Shown: positions 26,626-41,074, counted from the first letter of the whole stretch. The stretch: 63,436 nucleotides of DNA, filler included, from Octopus bimaculoides (GCF_001194135.2; 5 parts of 5 records of this genome joined end to end with filler, not necessarily neighbours in it); one strand, 5' to 3'. Notes: generated by a model from the sequence alone, not told the origin. Numbers and translations are program-made.

Positions 26626-29600
26626 ACTCTGTCTACTTCTATATCTACCTGCCTGTCTGTCTATCTGTTTATCTACGGGAAAGCATGTATGGGCGTATGC
26701 ATGTATGTATGCATGTATTCATATATATATATATANNNNNNNNNNNNNNNNNNNNNNNNNNNNNNNNNNNNNNNNNNNNNNNNNNNNNNNNNNNNNNNNN
26801 NNNNNNNNNNNNNNNNNNNNNNNNNNNNNNNNNNNNNNNNNNNNNNNNNNNNNNNNNNNNNNNNNNNNNNNNNNNNNNNNNNNNNNNNNNNNNNNNNNNN
26901 NNNNNNNNNNNNNNNNNNNNNNNNNNNNNNNNNNNNNNNNNNNNNNNNNNNNNNNNNNNNNNNNNNNNNNNNNNNNNNNNNNNNNNNNNNNNNNNNNNNN
27001 NNNNNNNNNNNNNNNNNNNNNNNNNNNNNNNNNNNNNNNNNNNNNNNNNNNNNNNNNNNNNNNNNNNNNNNNNNNNNNNNNNNNNNNNNNNNNNNNNNNN
27101 NNNNNNNNNNNNNNNNNNNNNNNNNNNNNNNNNNNNNNNNNNNNNNNNNNNNNNNNNNNNNNNNNNNNNNNNNNNNNNNNNNNNNNNNNNNNNNNNNNNN
27201 NNNNNNNNNNNNNNNNNNNNNNNNNNNNNNNNNNNNNNNNNNNNNNNNNNNNNNNNNNNNNNNNNNNNNNNNNNNNNNNNNNNNNNNNNNNNNNNNNNNN
27301 NNNNNNNNNNNNNNNNNNNNNNNNNNNNNNNNNNNNNNNNNNNNNNNNNNNNNNNNNNNNNNNNNNNNNNNNNNNNNNNNNNNNNNNNNNNNNNNNNNNN
27401 NNNNNNNNNNNNNNNNNNNNNNNNNNNNNNNNNNNNNNNNNNNNNNNNNNNNNNNNNNNNNNNNNNNNNNNNNNNNNNNNNNNNNNNNNNNNNNNNNNNN
27501 NNNNNNNNNNATATATATACATATATACATACATATAGATACATATCGCTCCCTCCCTCTCTCTATTCTCTACACACATATATATGTGTATAAATATATA
27601 TATGTGTGTGTGTGTGTGCGTACTTATATATCATGTTACAAAAATATGAATAAATAAATATCATCATCGTGAATTCAATTGGCAACTTGATGTTAAAAAA
27701 TGATTTTAAAACGAGAAAAGATACACAGAGAAAAAAAAATTGTTCTTCTTTAACAAGTATAAGCACCTGCCTGAAAACATTTCAAATGACTGGAGGGCTA
27801 AAAATGTGTATATAGATATGTACCAGATGTATGCATACTATTTTTCTTTTAGCCTAAGTATGTTGAAGGTGTTTTTTTTTTTATGCAGCGTGTATATGTA
27901 TACATATATGTCTGAGACTGTGTGTGTGATGGGAGGTGCGTAAATTTCGGTGCGTGTATTTATGTATATAATTCCATTCGAAATAACTTACTAAACGTTA
28001 ATAGCAAACGATAGCGAATTTTTTTTTAATGTTCAGTTCCGGAATTTCGAAATAATTTTGTTGATACACACATGGTAGACGAAAGCTGATATATGAAGAT
28101 ATCTACTGAAATATATTATTTCTGGTCCAAAATGTCAAAAACGTGATATATGACTCATACATACAAACCCCACATATATATGTACATATATATGTACATA
28201 TATATGTGTGTGTATATATAATAATAATGATAATATATATATATATATATATATATATANNNNNNNNNNNNNNNNNNNNNNNNNNNNNNNNNNNNNNNNN
28301 NNNNNNNNNNNNNNNNNNNNNNNNNNNNNNNNNNNNNNNNNNNNNNNNNNNNNNNNNNNNNNNNNNNNNNNNNNNNNNNNNNNNNNNNNNNNNNNNNNNN
28401 NNNNNNNNNNNNNNNNNNNNNNNNNNNNNNNNNNNNNNNNNNNNNNNNNNNNNNNNNNNNNNNNNNNNNNNNNNNNNNNNNNNNNNNNNNNNNNNNNNNN
28501 NNNNNNNNNNNNNNNNNNNNNNNNNNNNNNNNNNNNNNNNNNNNNNNNNNNNNNNNNNNNNNNNNNNNNNNNNNNNNNNNNNNNNNNNNNNNNNNNNNNN
28601 NNNNNNNNNNNNNNNNNNNNNNNNNNNNNNNNNNNNNNNNNNNNNNNNNNNNNNNNNNNNNNNNNNNNNNNNNNNNNNNNNNNNNNNNNNNNNNNNNNNN
28701 NNNNNNNNNNNNNNNNNNNNNNNNNNNNNNNNNNNNNNNNNNNNNNNNNNNNNNNNNNNNNNNNNNNNNNNNATGTGGGAAATTCTGTTTGTGGAGTTGT
28801 TAGCTAAATCCTCCTATATCGTTTTATATATTTTGATGAAACTTGATACGTGAGTAGAACTCATGTCTGGAATCCTCATGGTATATTGAGATTGTTGAAT
28901 AAATTCGATAATAGGGCCCCTGGAATGGATCCTTATATATATATCAACCACGGTAAATAACCCATTCGTTTTCGTAAATCATTTGGTATAAATCGAATAT
29001 ACTTATTTCTTAGTATTTGAACTGTTAGAGTTATTTTCGCAATTTATCCAGTAAAACCCTTAAACAAGTAAATAGTATTTTCCTGAACAATAGATCCACT
29101 TATTTCTGTTAGTGATTATTCACGAATATACCAATACTAGTGCCGCTGAGGTTTATATTCTCTGGGAACGCACAAAGCCTTTTTCAGAGTTATTTACTTT
29201 GAATTGCTATTATTTCATATCTAATATTACGTAATATGCTTCACGATTTTAGTATACACACCTTATTGGTATGTCCTCCTAAGTTGTATATACTCTAGGA
29301 ACGCATTAAAGCCCATCTCGGGGATACTTTACTTGAATTCGTACTATCGAGTAACTAAATTCATGTTATTACATAACTGATTTCACAATTTAGGTATTCA
29401 TAAGTTATTGGGAATCCCTAAAAACAAGATCCCTTGTAAGACAGTGCGCTGTTCTCTGTAAATGCACAAACACTGTTTTAAGGGCTACATACTATGTATT
29501 GTTATTATTGTTTTAGCGAAACTATTATGAGAACGGAACCAAGGAATAAGCCCCGCTTTCCCAGGAATTACCGGATATGTCAGCTAGTATGTTTAAATAA

Positions 29601-29909
29601 ATGAAGAATATGAGGGATGACACAGGAGTAACGGACCGGGACAAATAACATATTGCTTTAAAGCGTTAGTTGCAAATATTCAAACGTTTTGGAAGGAAGT
29701 CCTTTATCAGTAGAAAGTAATATAAGGACAATGAAAAATAGAAATAATTAATGGAAAGAAATGATTGAAAATTTAAAAAGCAAACATGTATGTTTATCTG
29801 AGTGGGTTGGTATGTGAGTGCGAGTCTTGTACGTGTGTGTGACATGTATGTACTTGTGTGTACGTGTGTATGCGTATGTTTTTATGTGTGTGTTTATACA
29901 TATATGTTC

Positions 29910-30120
29910 TTTTACTCTCCTAATGTTTTGTTTCATTCATTTGACTTTAACCATGCTGGAGCACTGCCTTGGAAGTATTTTGTCGATCAAATCAAACACG
30001 GGAATTAATTTTTAAGACAAGTACTTATTCCATCGGTCTCTTTGTGCCGAACCGCTACATTTGGTGGGGCGTAAACGCTCCAACACTGGTTGTCAAGACT
30101 TGATGGGGGGACAAACATAG
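29910..30120 (-). mobile_element. SINE family B, 3' half
   Basis: Reverse complement of 32975-33183. Confidence 0.75.
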
Positions 30121-30369
30121 ACATACACACAGATACACACACATACACACTCACACACACACACTAACCCACACACACACACATTTATATATGTACACGC
30201 GTGTGTGAGTATGTATATAGATATATATGTATACATGTGTGTGTGTGCGTACATATATACGTCTGTGTATATGTGTGCATATGCGGATTCTTTGAATGAA
30301 GTATGCTTTCACTATGCCTATTGGAGTAATTTTCCCTTATTTAACGTTTTTTTTCATAGCGTTTTATCT

Positions 30370-30432
30370 TAATAACTGATGAGATGCCGGAGCGGACTTC
30401 ATCTCCGGTATCCGAAACTCTGAGTTTTATTA
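30370..30432 (+). ncRNA. Type I hammerhead ribozyme candidate
   Basis: taataa-CTGATGA-GATGCCGGAG cggacttcat CTCCGGTATC-C-GAA-ACTC t GAGT-T-ttatta. Confidence 0.7.
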
Positions 30433-30463
30433 TGACAACCAACTAATTGTCACGTATTATATG

Positions 30464-30581
<118 letters not shown>

Positions 30582-31182
30582 TTTAAATAACAAATTCACA
30601 ACTATATTAATGAAACCGATAATAAAGTTAATGCAAGCAATATGATTCCTGCTACTATTATTAGTGTTATTGATATTATATTTCTTGTGATTGTTCGTGA
30701 TGACGTTGAATCCTTTGCATTTTTCTTTATAACATCCACAGTAATCCAACAATCCTTCACTGTCGATAATACATTTGGTTTGACCTTTTCAATGTTTTTT
30801 TTAAATCTTAGCATTGAGGAAATATCAAGAATTATTATGACATACTCAGAGCTGTGGAGTTTTTTCTTCACCAGCGACTTTAAATGAAAATTTACGTCTA
30901 CCAACTAACAAAACAATCAATAGTGCAATCCAACATTTTTTGTTATATATCTTAGGTGACTTTTCATGTCTTGTGGTACATGAATTTAGATTTTGTTTTC
31001 TTTTTTTCGTTTTCCCTCAGAATATTTATTGAGAATATTTGTTATTACCTGCTGATTTCTTGAATATGTTTGAGCAGTTTTGATGTCCAACTGTTTTTAG
31101 CTACGTAAGAGTCATGTAAATTATATTTGCCTTCGTAACCGACTTTCTCATCACCGCTATATGTATGTGTGTGTTTGTCTGG

Positions 31183-31266
<84 letters not shown>

Positions 31267-31267
31267 A

Positions 31268-31640
31268 TAACCTCTGCCTTCGCTAAGGCGGAGGTATTGT
31301 TTTCAGTCGTGTTTGTTTGTTTGCTTGTTTGTCCGTGGAGAAGATATCTCAAGAACCGCTGGATGGATTCGGATGAAACTTTCAGCGATGTTTCGCATCG
31401 AGACTGGCACGAACTAATTAGATTTTGCGATCGATCAGGTACCGGATAAGGATTATGGAATATTTTTCCTTCTTTTTTTACTTAATTTTTGTGAGCGTTC
31501 GGGTTCATTTTTAGTATTCTCATTTCCGAGAGCAGTCGAGTGTATTCCAGATATTCTCATTTTAAAAATCATCCCTGGCTTATTGTTGAGGGGACGTTGG
31601 TGTTGCTTTGGTAGAGGTCTGCGCTCTTTGAATGCTCATG
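31268..31640 (+). mobile_element. Non-autonomous Helentron-associated (HINE/DINE-1-like) element
   Basis: 5' hairpin acctctgcctt-cgct-aaggcggaggt, internal (GTTT)n, 3' end ggtagaggtctgcgctct. Confidence 0.65.
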
Positions 31641-31789
31641 TTCTTAATGTAATCATATCTCCTGTGTAACCGCTGTCATATATATATGCGTATGTGTGCG
31701 TTTATGTGTGTGTATAAATGTATGCACGTATTTATGTATGTATACATGCATTATGTATGTATGCATGTAAGTATTTATGTATGTATGTA

Positions 31790-31950
31790 CGTACGATGGG
31801 TGTCTTTCAATTTTCGTCTACCAAATCTACTTGCAAGGCTTTGGGCTAACCGAGGCTATAGTAGAAGATACTTGGTCAAGATCCCAAAGCAGTGGGAATG
31901 AACCCGGAATCATGTCGTTGGGATGCAAACGTCTTTCAAAACAACCATGC
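31790..31950 (-). mobile_element. SINE family B, diverged 5' half
   Basis: ttttcgtctaccaaatc...gaggctatagtagaagatacttg matches family B. Confidence 0.7.
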
Positions 31951-32630
31951 CAGGACCATAATGACGATGATGATTATAACTCTTTTCAATTTTGACACGA
32001 TGCTGGCAATTTTGAGAGGGTTGATAAATTGATAACGTTTCCTAAAGTACTCAAAAGGTACTTTATCTTATGGACCGTGAAAGGATGAAAAGCAAAGTTG
32101 ATCTCGGTGAGATTTGAACTTAGAACATAAAGAGCCGGGAGAAATATTGGTAAACATATTGTTCGACACACTAATGATCGTACCTGCTCAACACCTTAAC
32201 CCGTATATACCCCTGGTTTTGTTTTCGCAACGCAAAACCTGCTCCTACTTGTTTGGAAATAGACTCGCTGGAAATGGACTCGCTGACCGAGCAGACGAAA
32301 TGTTCAGTGGGTAGTCGATACCCGTGGCTAACAGTTGCATATTGTCCTTCTCTTCCAAATTATGAAAGCTTAGCGTAAACGTTTAATCTACATACAGTGA
32401 AATTATAAGACTTCATTTTTTATGAGAATATATGGGTTAATAATAATGGGAGCTTTAAATTTTGGGACAAGACCATCAGTTTTATGGGGCAGGTGTAAAT
32501 CGATTACATCGCCGATAGTACTTGACTGGTATACTTCTTTATCGATCTGCAAAGGATGAAAGGTAAAAACGAGAAGAAATACTGGTGAACATTTTTCCCA
32601 ACAGGCAAACAATTCTACTATCTTCCCGCC

Positions 32631-32693
<63 letters not shown>

Positions 32694-32726
32694 AGGCGCA
32701 GGCTTATAATAATAGTAGTAATAATA

Positions 32727-33181
32727 GGCGCAGGCGTGGCTGTGTGGTAAGAAGCTTGTTTCCCAACTACATAGTTCTGGGTTCCGTCCTACTGCGTGAC
32801 ACCTTCGGCAAGTGACTTCTGCTATAGCCCCGGGCCGATCAAAGCCTTGTGAGTGTATTTGTTAGGCGGAAACTAAAAGAAGCCCGTCGTATATATATAT
32901 GTATATATGTGTGTGAGTGTGTGTGTGTGTGTGTGTGTGCGTGTGTATGTGTGTGTGTGTGTGTATGACTTTGTGTCTGTGTTTGTCCCTCACCGTCGCT
33001 TGACAGCCAATGTTGGTGTGTTTATGTCCCCGCAACTTAGCGGTTCGGCAAAAGGAGTCCGATAGAATAAGTACCAAGCTTACAACATCGGTTGTCCTGG
33101 GGTCGATTTCTTCGACTAAAAAAAAACGGTGCTCCAGCATGGCCCCAGTCAAGTGACTGAAACAAGTAAAAAAGTAAAAGA

Positions 33182-33183
<2 letters not shown>
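32727..33183 (+). mobile_element. Full-length tRNA-derived SINE family B with internal AT/GT microsatellite
   Basis: Head ggcgcaggcgtggctgtgtggtaagaag (A box) and gggttccgtcc (B box); CORE-like segment; tail ggtgctccagcatggcc...aaacaagtaaaagagt; flanked by (AGT)n and (AAT)n. Confidence 0.9.
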
Positions 33184-33243
<60 letters not shown>

Positions 33244-33571
33244 TAAATATGACGTCTCCTATATTTGCCACAGGGAGTTCGGTCGGATGATTTCCTTCAA
33301 CAAGATTCTAGTGAAGACGAACATATTCAGTTGTGTTGTTCAAGTATTAAATGCTTTCACCTAAATAAGTGAAATATAATGGCTTCAAACAGAAATTGAA
33401 ACCGAATTGTCAAAGAAGTACGTTAGAATCTTATATCTATTTGTCAACGAAAACTGAAATAATGATGGAAACGATTGCATACATGCATGTATGTATAGAA
33501 TGGAGGTATGTATGTACGTATGTATACCCACACACAGAGTAAGGGTATGAAAAATCCGTATGCACACACAC

Positions 33572-33661
<90 letters not shown>

Positions 33662-36600
33662 GGAGTGTGTGTACATGTTTTGGTGTGTATTAATACATAT
33701 AATTATGTGAGTGTATGTATCGGTGTGTGTGTGTGTATGTATGTGTTTGTCTCGCCTCCTTTGTTTTGTTTTGTGTGAACGAGGAAAAGTTATTTTCCAA
33801 GTCGTCGTCATCGGATAAATGCCAGCAGATATAGGGAAAGGTATCTGTTGCTAACGAAGTAATTAAGAGAGTAACACTTTTGCAGTTTCGATATTGCCAT
33901 TCAGTAAACAGGAACGCTATAATGTTGAAAGAAGTGAAAAATCAATAACAAGATGGACGTAGCTAAGTTGTATAGCATTATTCCTAACGATTGTTATTCA
34001 CCTTACTCATTCATTTATCATCAACACTCGCCTCGACAACTTCTCAATACTTGTTTACTCATTTTTATAACTTAATGTTTTAGATTTGGTTTCGATGGAA
34101 TATTAGTTATTTTTCTCCTTTCTCATAGAGAGGTATGCGCGCGCGTGTTTATATTTATGTATGTTTATAATATGGATGGTATGTATGTGTGTTTGCTATG
34201 CGTGAAAGTTATGTTTGTGTATTATGTATGATATCAGCGTATTAATATAATTATGCAAGGGTATTAGCTATTTTCCCTTCATGGGATATGATTGCATAAG
34301 AATATATAATATACACACGCACACATACATACATTCACACACACACACACACACACACACAACACACACACACATACACACACATACAGTGAGATGCATG
34401 TTTAGGTGTTCGAATGTAAAAGCGTGTACTTTATATATCGTGTCAACTATAAAGTGTAATTTAATGTGTTTCTTTCTGATAACTCGAATTTCATACCATG
34501 ATGATCAGCATTTAAGAGATGACATTTGTATTTTACTCGGTTGGTATCTGCCATGTGTATGTGTTTGTGTGGGTGTGCGTGTGTGTGTATGTGTATACAT
34601 ATTCATATGAAAATATATGCGTATACACATAAAAACACACGCACACATACATGCACACACACAAAAACATACACGCACGCATACGTATATACATGTACAT
34701 CTAATTATTGCTGCGTGCCGTGAACGATCACGTGTTTCAGTGATCCCTGTAGATATTTTCTTCCAGGAATAATTTATTGAAAAAAAATGATTTTGTTTTG
34801 TGCTTCATTTTACCAAGGTGAACATCTACTCATATCCCCTATTATGTCCGGCCGAAATAGCTGCCTTGCTCATAGACATTTGTTTTGTATATACAATTAG
34901 TGGAAATATCCATTCTGTTTGATTACAAGAGGCTCAATAGAGCTATTTGTAAGTTAGGAGATAGAGCTTCTAGTCAAGAATATATCAGCAGCACAAATAT
35001 CTATGGCAATTTTGAAAACTTTGAGACGGACTAAGAAATGACGACAGAAACAATTAAACACAGTTATAAACTGAAATATAATCTTAAACTTAAATGACGT
35101 AAGCAAAATTACCACTACGATAAAAAAACAATTGTCACTATCAAGAACCACACCAGTGATAACAAAACATAGCATATTCTTAGTAGAGATATAAAAAAAA
35201 AGCGATAATAGGTATATCACAAGGGAGAATTTGCTTTTTCTTGAGTATTTAATCTGGCAAAGGACGAAGGTGACAACTATATGGCCTTCATAGAAATTTT
35301 GGAGAGAGTCATGAAAAATGTGTTATTAAACATGTCTTCCTTCGACCAGAGTAGGGTGTATGGGAGCGTGGGTCTTGTATTTAACACTGCAGACTAGCAA
35401 TGAGACACGAAGAGCTATCTGTTCACAGATATCTGCTGCAACGTACGGGAAAAAGAAATGTGTGTTTTCCTGGTGAGAGATGATGACATCAGTCTTTGGT
35501 TTGTCGTCAGTTTTGTGGTGAGTAGTTGCAGGAAGTGTACAAGGTAGGTTATCATCCAGAAGACCATAGCCCATAACAGATATTCATGTCCTGATGCATC
35601 TCGAAAATCAAGTCTATCCAAGAGCTGTGCCATATTGAGGGGAAGTCACGGTGGTGGCTCTGAGCTGAAGTTCAAGTTACAACACAGATGGGTGAAATGT
35701 TACGTGAATGTCTTTTCCTTAGCATAGGAAAAAATTATAAGGAAATAATATTCCGGCAAGCAGCAGTGGGTACAGAAGTGACATAAAACAACAGACTGAT
35801 AATTGGGAAGATGTTGATATTCGTATTTTAACATGGATTAGGTTATACACCCATTCCTCTCTATTAGGTAGGACAATACCTAATGGCTTCCTATGCGTTT
35901 GAATTTTCATATCCCTTGGTACACCTATAAGTTGTTTTCAAGATCATTTTCTATTTTATGGTCACACCATTTCCACAGATATTTGAATCCAACTTTTTAA
36001 ATAAATTCGCCAATATAGTCTGTTACAACTTAGTCATATCTTCAGTTCATATAAATATACAAAGTGCTAACGAACGCAGTTGGCCGGGCCAAGTTTTGAT
36101 ATGAACAATGACTAGCGGGCACAGAAACATCGAAATTTCAGTGGAAGACTTTAAAGATCTACATATCTAGTTCTGAACAAAATCGTTGTTAGAATGAACT
36201 CCTATGAGATAACGCCTGAGAGAAACATGATCATGTAATGGGAAGGTCCTGCATAAAGTTCTTCGTAGCTTTACTCTTCCATTTTGAAAAAAAAAAAAAA
36301 ACGGAACAATCTTGCAACAGAAAACTTAATATAGACAATTTCCACGACTGACATTGTTCTTTGTTGCGCCAATCTAAAATTGTTTACGGGCATTTTTGAA
36401 ACCCGAGTTTATGTGGAGTTTAAAGCCAGAAAAAAGTTGGTGGAAGAGAAATGTAGAGTGTCCGTGTGGAGATTCCATCCCCACCACTTTGAATGTGTTT
36501 TATCCAATCTCTATTTGGCGTTACCTATCTAAATATTTTGTTTTAATTATGGTCTGTTTTATTCAACCTAAAATGCATATTGTGCATTTTAAACTTTTAT

Positions 36601-36724
36601 CCAATTCTTAATATGTTCAATGTATAACCTCCGTGGTTTCAATATAGGTGTCTTATCCATTCCTCGAAAGTTTTCTAACCTCCATTTACTTCATAGATAA
36701 CATCATGGCCGTGGGATTAATAAT

Positions 36725-36768
36725 GAACTACAACAATAGCAACAACAACAGCAACAACAACAACAACA

Positions 36769-36815
<47 letters not shown>

Positions 36816-36873
36816 CACTACTACTACTACTACTACTACTACTAGTAGTAGTAGTAGTGGTGGTGGTGGTGGA

Positions 36874-36916
<43 letters not shown>

Positions 36917-36917
36917 T
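36725..36917. repeat. Compound trinucleotide repeat (AAC)(TAC)(TGC)(TAC)(TAG)(TGG)(TAG)
   Basis: Direct reading. Confidence 0.95.
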
Positions 36918-37794
36918 ATGTTGAATGAGAGAATAGGTAATATACTGGACAATACCCTGCGGCATATAGTTACGTCCCTTTTCATTCTGAGATTAAATCC
37001 TGCTAAGGGCAACAAAATAATCAATCAAGTACTGGGATTGATTTATTCGAATCTAAAAACCATTTCGCCTCCCCACTCCTCGCCACTACCTGCCATCATG
37101 TATCCTCTTATACCGATGTTAGACATCGTTGCTATTATAATTTTCTCTTTTGTTATTTTCTCTTTTTGTTTAAGCCTAAGGTTAGCTCTGATCTACATAT
37201 TATAGGATGGGAGGCAGTATTGATTATCTTTATGAAAACAGCTTCATTGTATTTATATATTTATTTTGCTTTTTGTTTGTTTGCTTTTCTGTTTTGCTTT
37301 TAGAAATTTATTACTGCGCTGTATATCTTCTATGTCGATTACATTTAAGTTTTACAATTACACATGTCTATCATAACTCTCCAACATAGAATGTACTTAG
37401 CTTTCAATATTTCTTTCAAAATTAAATGTTATTTGTTTTGATACAAGATATATACTAAAATATGGCACCCAAGTATTCATTAGAATCAAGGCACACGTAG
37501 GGTAATCAGAAATGGTTAGGTACTATAACATAGAACTCACGGTGAGGTAAACAACGCTAAAGACATTAAGTATTCGTAGGACACTGTAGATATGCAAGAA
37601 ACAAATCCAATTTAAACCGTAAATCAGACTCTGGTGTTGGTTCTTGGGGTGGAATAGGTATAAAAAGTAAATATAAATGGAGTTTATAATTGTGTTTACC
37701 TTATACATACATTCATGCGCACATACATGCATACACACATATACATACATAAATAAATGCATACATACATACATATATACATAGAGAAGAGAAA

Positions 37795-38172
37795 ATGTGC
37801 ACAGTTGAGGAAGTTAGCTGCCCAGCGGATGCTAACATAAAGCTGAAGATCAGGGAGAAAGAGAACACTTACGCTGAACTGTTGAGAAATCCGAAGTTTC
37901 TCTATCCTGATTACGTGTTCAAGATTTATTCCTGTAATTAATGAAACCTTGGGATATGTAACATACTGCCTAAATACCAATCTTGAGAAATTAGGCTTCT
38001 CAAAACCAGAAAGGAGAAAGCTAATTCGAAGACTACATACAGATCCAATCCATCACTCGAACTGTAAAAATCTGTAAAACTTCCCAGAAGTTTATCACTT
38101 AAATATATAAGAGCGTCTCTAGATATGCAACTAAATGCATCAGAATACATATATAAAAAATACAAATCTGCA
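37795..38172 (+). mobile_element. RLE-type non-LTR retrotransposon 3' fragment
   Basis: Frameshifted VEEVSCPADANIKLKIREKENTYAELLRN...LGYVTYCLNTNLEKLGF...TVKICKTF. Confidence 0.65.
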
Positions 38173-38195
38173 CTTGCATACATACATACATACAA

Positions 38196-38298
<103 letters not shown>

Positions 38299-38531
38299 CG
38301 TGTGTGTGTATGTATATATATATACATACATATATGTGTATATATGTAATATATGTATATATGTAATATATGTATATATGTTTGTCAATATTCAATTTTA
38401 TTTCAAGATTTCTTGCCTATAGAGAAAGAAACGGTTTTTAACCTAGATTCACGAGTCCTTCATTGGAATTTCAACAACATCAACATGGTATTTTTACATG
38501 TATGTACGTATGTATATGCATATATGTATAT

Positions 38532-38738
38532 GTGCAGATTTGTATGTATTCTCATGCATATAGTTGCATGTTTAGACATGCTCATATATACTTCAATGAT
38601 AAATTTCTGGAAAATTTTACAGATCTTTACAGTTCCAGTAATGAATTGAATCTGTAGACTTTGAATCAACGTTCTCTATTCTGGTTGTGATAAACCTAAT
38701 TTCTCAAGATTTGTATTTAGGCAGTGTGTTACATATCC
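38532..38738 (-). mobile_element. Second, inverted copy of the same RLE-type LINE 3' end
   Basis: Reverse complement of ~37945-38172; ORF 38460-38669 begins MIQSLQIQFITGTVKICKIF. Confidence 0.7.
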
Positions 38739-38739
38739 A

Positions 38740-38860
38740 CTCACAACGCCTTGGTCGGCCCGGGGTTATAGTAGAAGACACTTGCCCGAGGTGCCACGCA
38801 GTGGAAATGAACTCGGAACCATGTGGTTGGTAAGCAAGCTACTTACCACACAGCCACTCT
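38740..38860 (-). mobile_element. SINE family B, 5' part
   Basis: gaagacacttgcccgaggtgccacgcagtgg...cacagccact. Confidence 0.8.
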
Positions 38861-38881
38861 TCACCTATAGCCACTCCTGTT

Positions 38882-38960
<79 letters not shown>

Positions 38961-38988
38961 GATAGAACGCTACGCATCCATTTCCAAG

Positions 38989-39031
<43 letters not shown>

Positions 39032-40798
39032 ATACTCTTATATACTTATACATAAATACATTATGTATATACGTATATATACATTTATAGAGATTTCTGT
39101 TTATACACATACATTCGTACACACATGCACACACACGCACACACACACAGATACGGTATGTTTTAGTGCCACGGGCAGCCTTAAGATTTTTTTTTATCCA
39201 ATTGTGTTTTAAATCCCATATTCAGACGATATTTGTATCTTTATCTGCTTCTAGTTTCAGCCTTCTCATAACGAATTATACCTCGTTGTGTCGAAGTTTA
39301 TACATTCTTGTGACGTCATCTCTCTCCTTCTCTCGCTCTCTCTCTATCTATCTATTTATATATATATATTTCCTTCTTTGTCTCTCTCTGTGTATGTGTG
39401 TGTGTGTGTGTACATGTGCGTGTGCGCGTGCGTGCATGTGTGTGTGTTTGCGTGTGTGTGTTTGTGCCTGTGTTCGTTGCAATATACTTAAGTTAAAAGA
39501 ACTATTCAACCTTCAGTGATGATGTTTATTTCTTTGCAAGTTGTCTTATTGTTATTTGAAACTTCAGTTCAACCACAATGAAGAGAAACTGTGATCAAAG
39601 GCAGTTTCTACTCTGGCAATAGTATCCTTTCGTCAAGCAACATAGCATAGACTACATCACTCAAAGTGTTTTATTTATTTATTTTCTTAAAGTTTATGTT
39701 TTATTTTAAATAGATTTGACTGATTGGAATTTCGTACATTGGTTTCGTGTTGATGCACATAAATAGTAATGACAACGAATGAGTGTCTATTGAGGTGTGG
39801 TATATTCAAAAGGTTTTTTTTAAAAACACTTATCGTTCTGTAGAGGTCTATCTAAATGTTAGACATTATCTTCTCTCTTCAAATTTAGAATAATTCACTT
39901 GCTTAATACCAATTCAGATTTTCGCCAACACAATTATCATTGCGTTGGCGAAAATCTATTGATAATTGCCGTACTGGTTGAACTATCTTTTTGTTTTTTA
40001 AATAGTATTGCTAACTTCCTTAGTATCTGCGTATTAGCTATATTTAATTTCGAGGAGAACGTTATGCATTTGTTTGTAACTACACAACTTCATCAGATGT
40101 GTAATCTTGAAAAAAATAATGATACAAGATGGTGCGTCAGCAGACCACATGCATTTCACAGTGTTTTATAAACGACTCAATACTTAAATGATTGACTGAC
40201 TGAAAATGAAGTTTTCTATTACTAGAAGCAACCCACATCAATATTTATCGAAAAAACATTTTATCGAAATACTTTTGCATCTACCAATTGTCTATCAATC
40301 ATTTTATCGAAGAAAATTTTATTCACTAGCTTTTTAACAATACTGGAAATGATCTTTCATACAATTTGTATACTTGTGAAAGAATTTTAAGCATAGATAT
40401 GGAAGTAGAGTCGATTGGGTCAAGCAATGTATGATATTATTTCGAAGAAAAAATTTTAAAGCGCCCAAAATGCGAGATAATATACAAAAGCTATTTTCCA
40501 TCTTCCAGTTCTCCATGTTTCCCGATGAAGATTTCGTAACACCGACATATCGAAATACAGGGCATTCTATCAACCGTTGCTCTCTTTCTCACGCTTGACG
40601 TTCACTTATGTATTTCATTTCAAAATTCTTTCAGGCGTAACAAGATTTTCATCTAATAGAATAATTTTAAATATCAAATCGCTGTTACAAGATGTATCAT
40701 TCTTAAATATGGTATAATGTTTAATACTTAATAGAAATAGAATACCCATTCACATTATTTACAATTGACGGATATTTGTCCTCGTCTTGTTTGTTGTG

Positions 40799-40844
40799 AA
40801 CACAACATTTCGGCTGAAATGCCCTTCCACCTTCATCAGGTGTC
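40799..40844 (-). ncRNA. Minimal hammerhead motif, decayed (tandem copy 1)
   Basis: gacac-CTGATGA-A-ggtgg..tcagcc-GAAATGT-T-gtgtt. Confidence 0.45.
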
Positions 40845-41074
40845 TTGGGGAAATTTCGAACTTGGATGCTCATTCTAAACATAACTCATTTTTAAAACTG
40901 TAGGGTCTGATATGAATGAAGGAGAACTAGCAGCAACTTTTAGTAAGGTTAGCAATCATATAGAGGGTCACTCATAAATTTTATGCTTAGCATTCATGTT
41001 GTGAAGAGTTTGATTAATACATTATTTACATTATTTAAAAATGACGGATATTTGTCCTCATCTTGTTTGTTGTT

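Noticed and set aside
28790-29700. Unexplained AT-rich block possibly derived from a PLE
   Set aside because: No RT or GIY-YIG motif recovered in any frame by eye.
29682-29711. CTGATAA-A-GGA..TCC-AAAACGTT on -
   Set aside because: G8 and G12 are both lost without compensation; at best a dead relic.
30602-31100. 100-aa minus ORF with a hydrophobic end, and two possible micro-exons (31049-31100 and from 30904 down) splicing to LKTVGHQNCSNIFKKSAVGRRKFSFKVAGEEKTPQL
   Set aside because: Splice-like sites are present but there is no recognisable homology or upstream exon; needs RNA-seq.
39918-39957. Short hairpin attttcgccaac..gttggcgaaaat
   Set aside because: Isolated, with no associated element ends or function identified.
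40045-40100. CTGATGA-A-GTTGT..ACAAAC-AAATGCAT-A on -
   Set aside because: G12 is missing and the stems are imperfect; probable dead relic.
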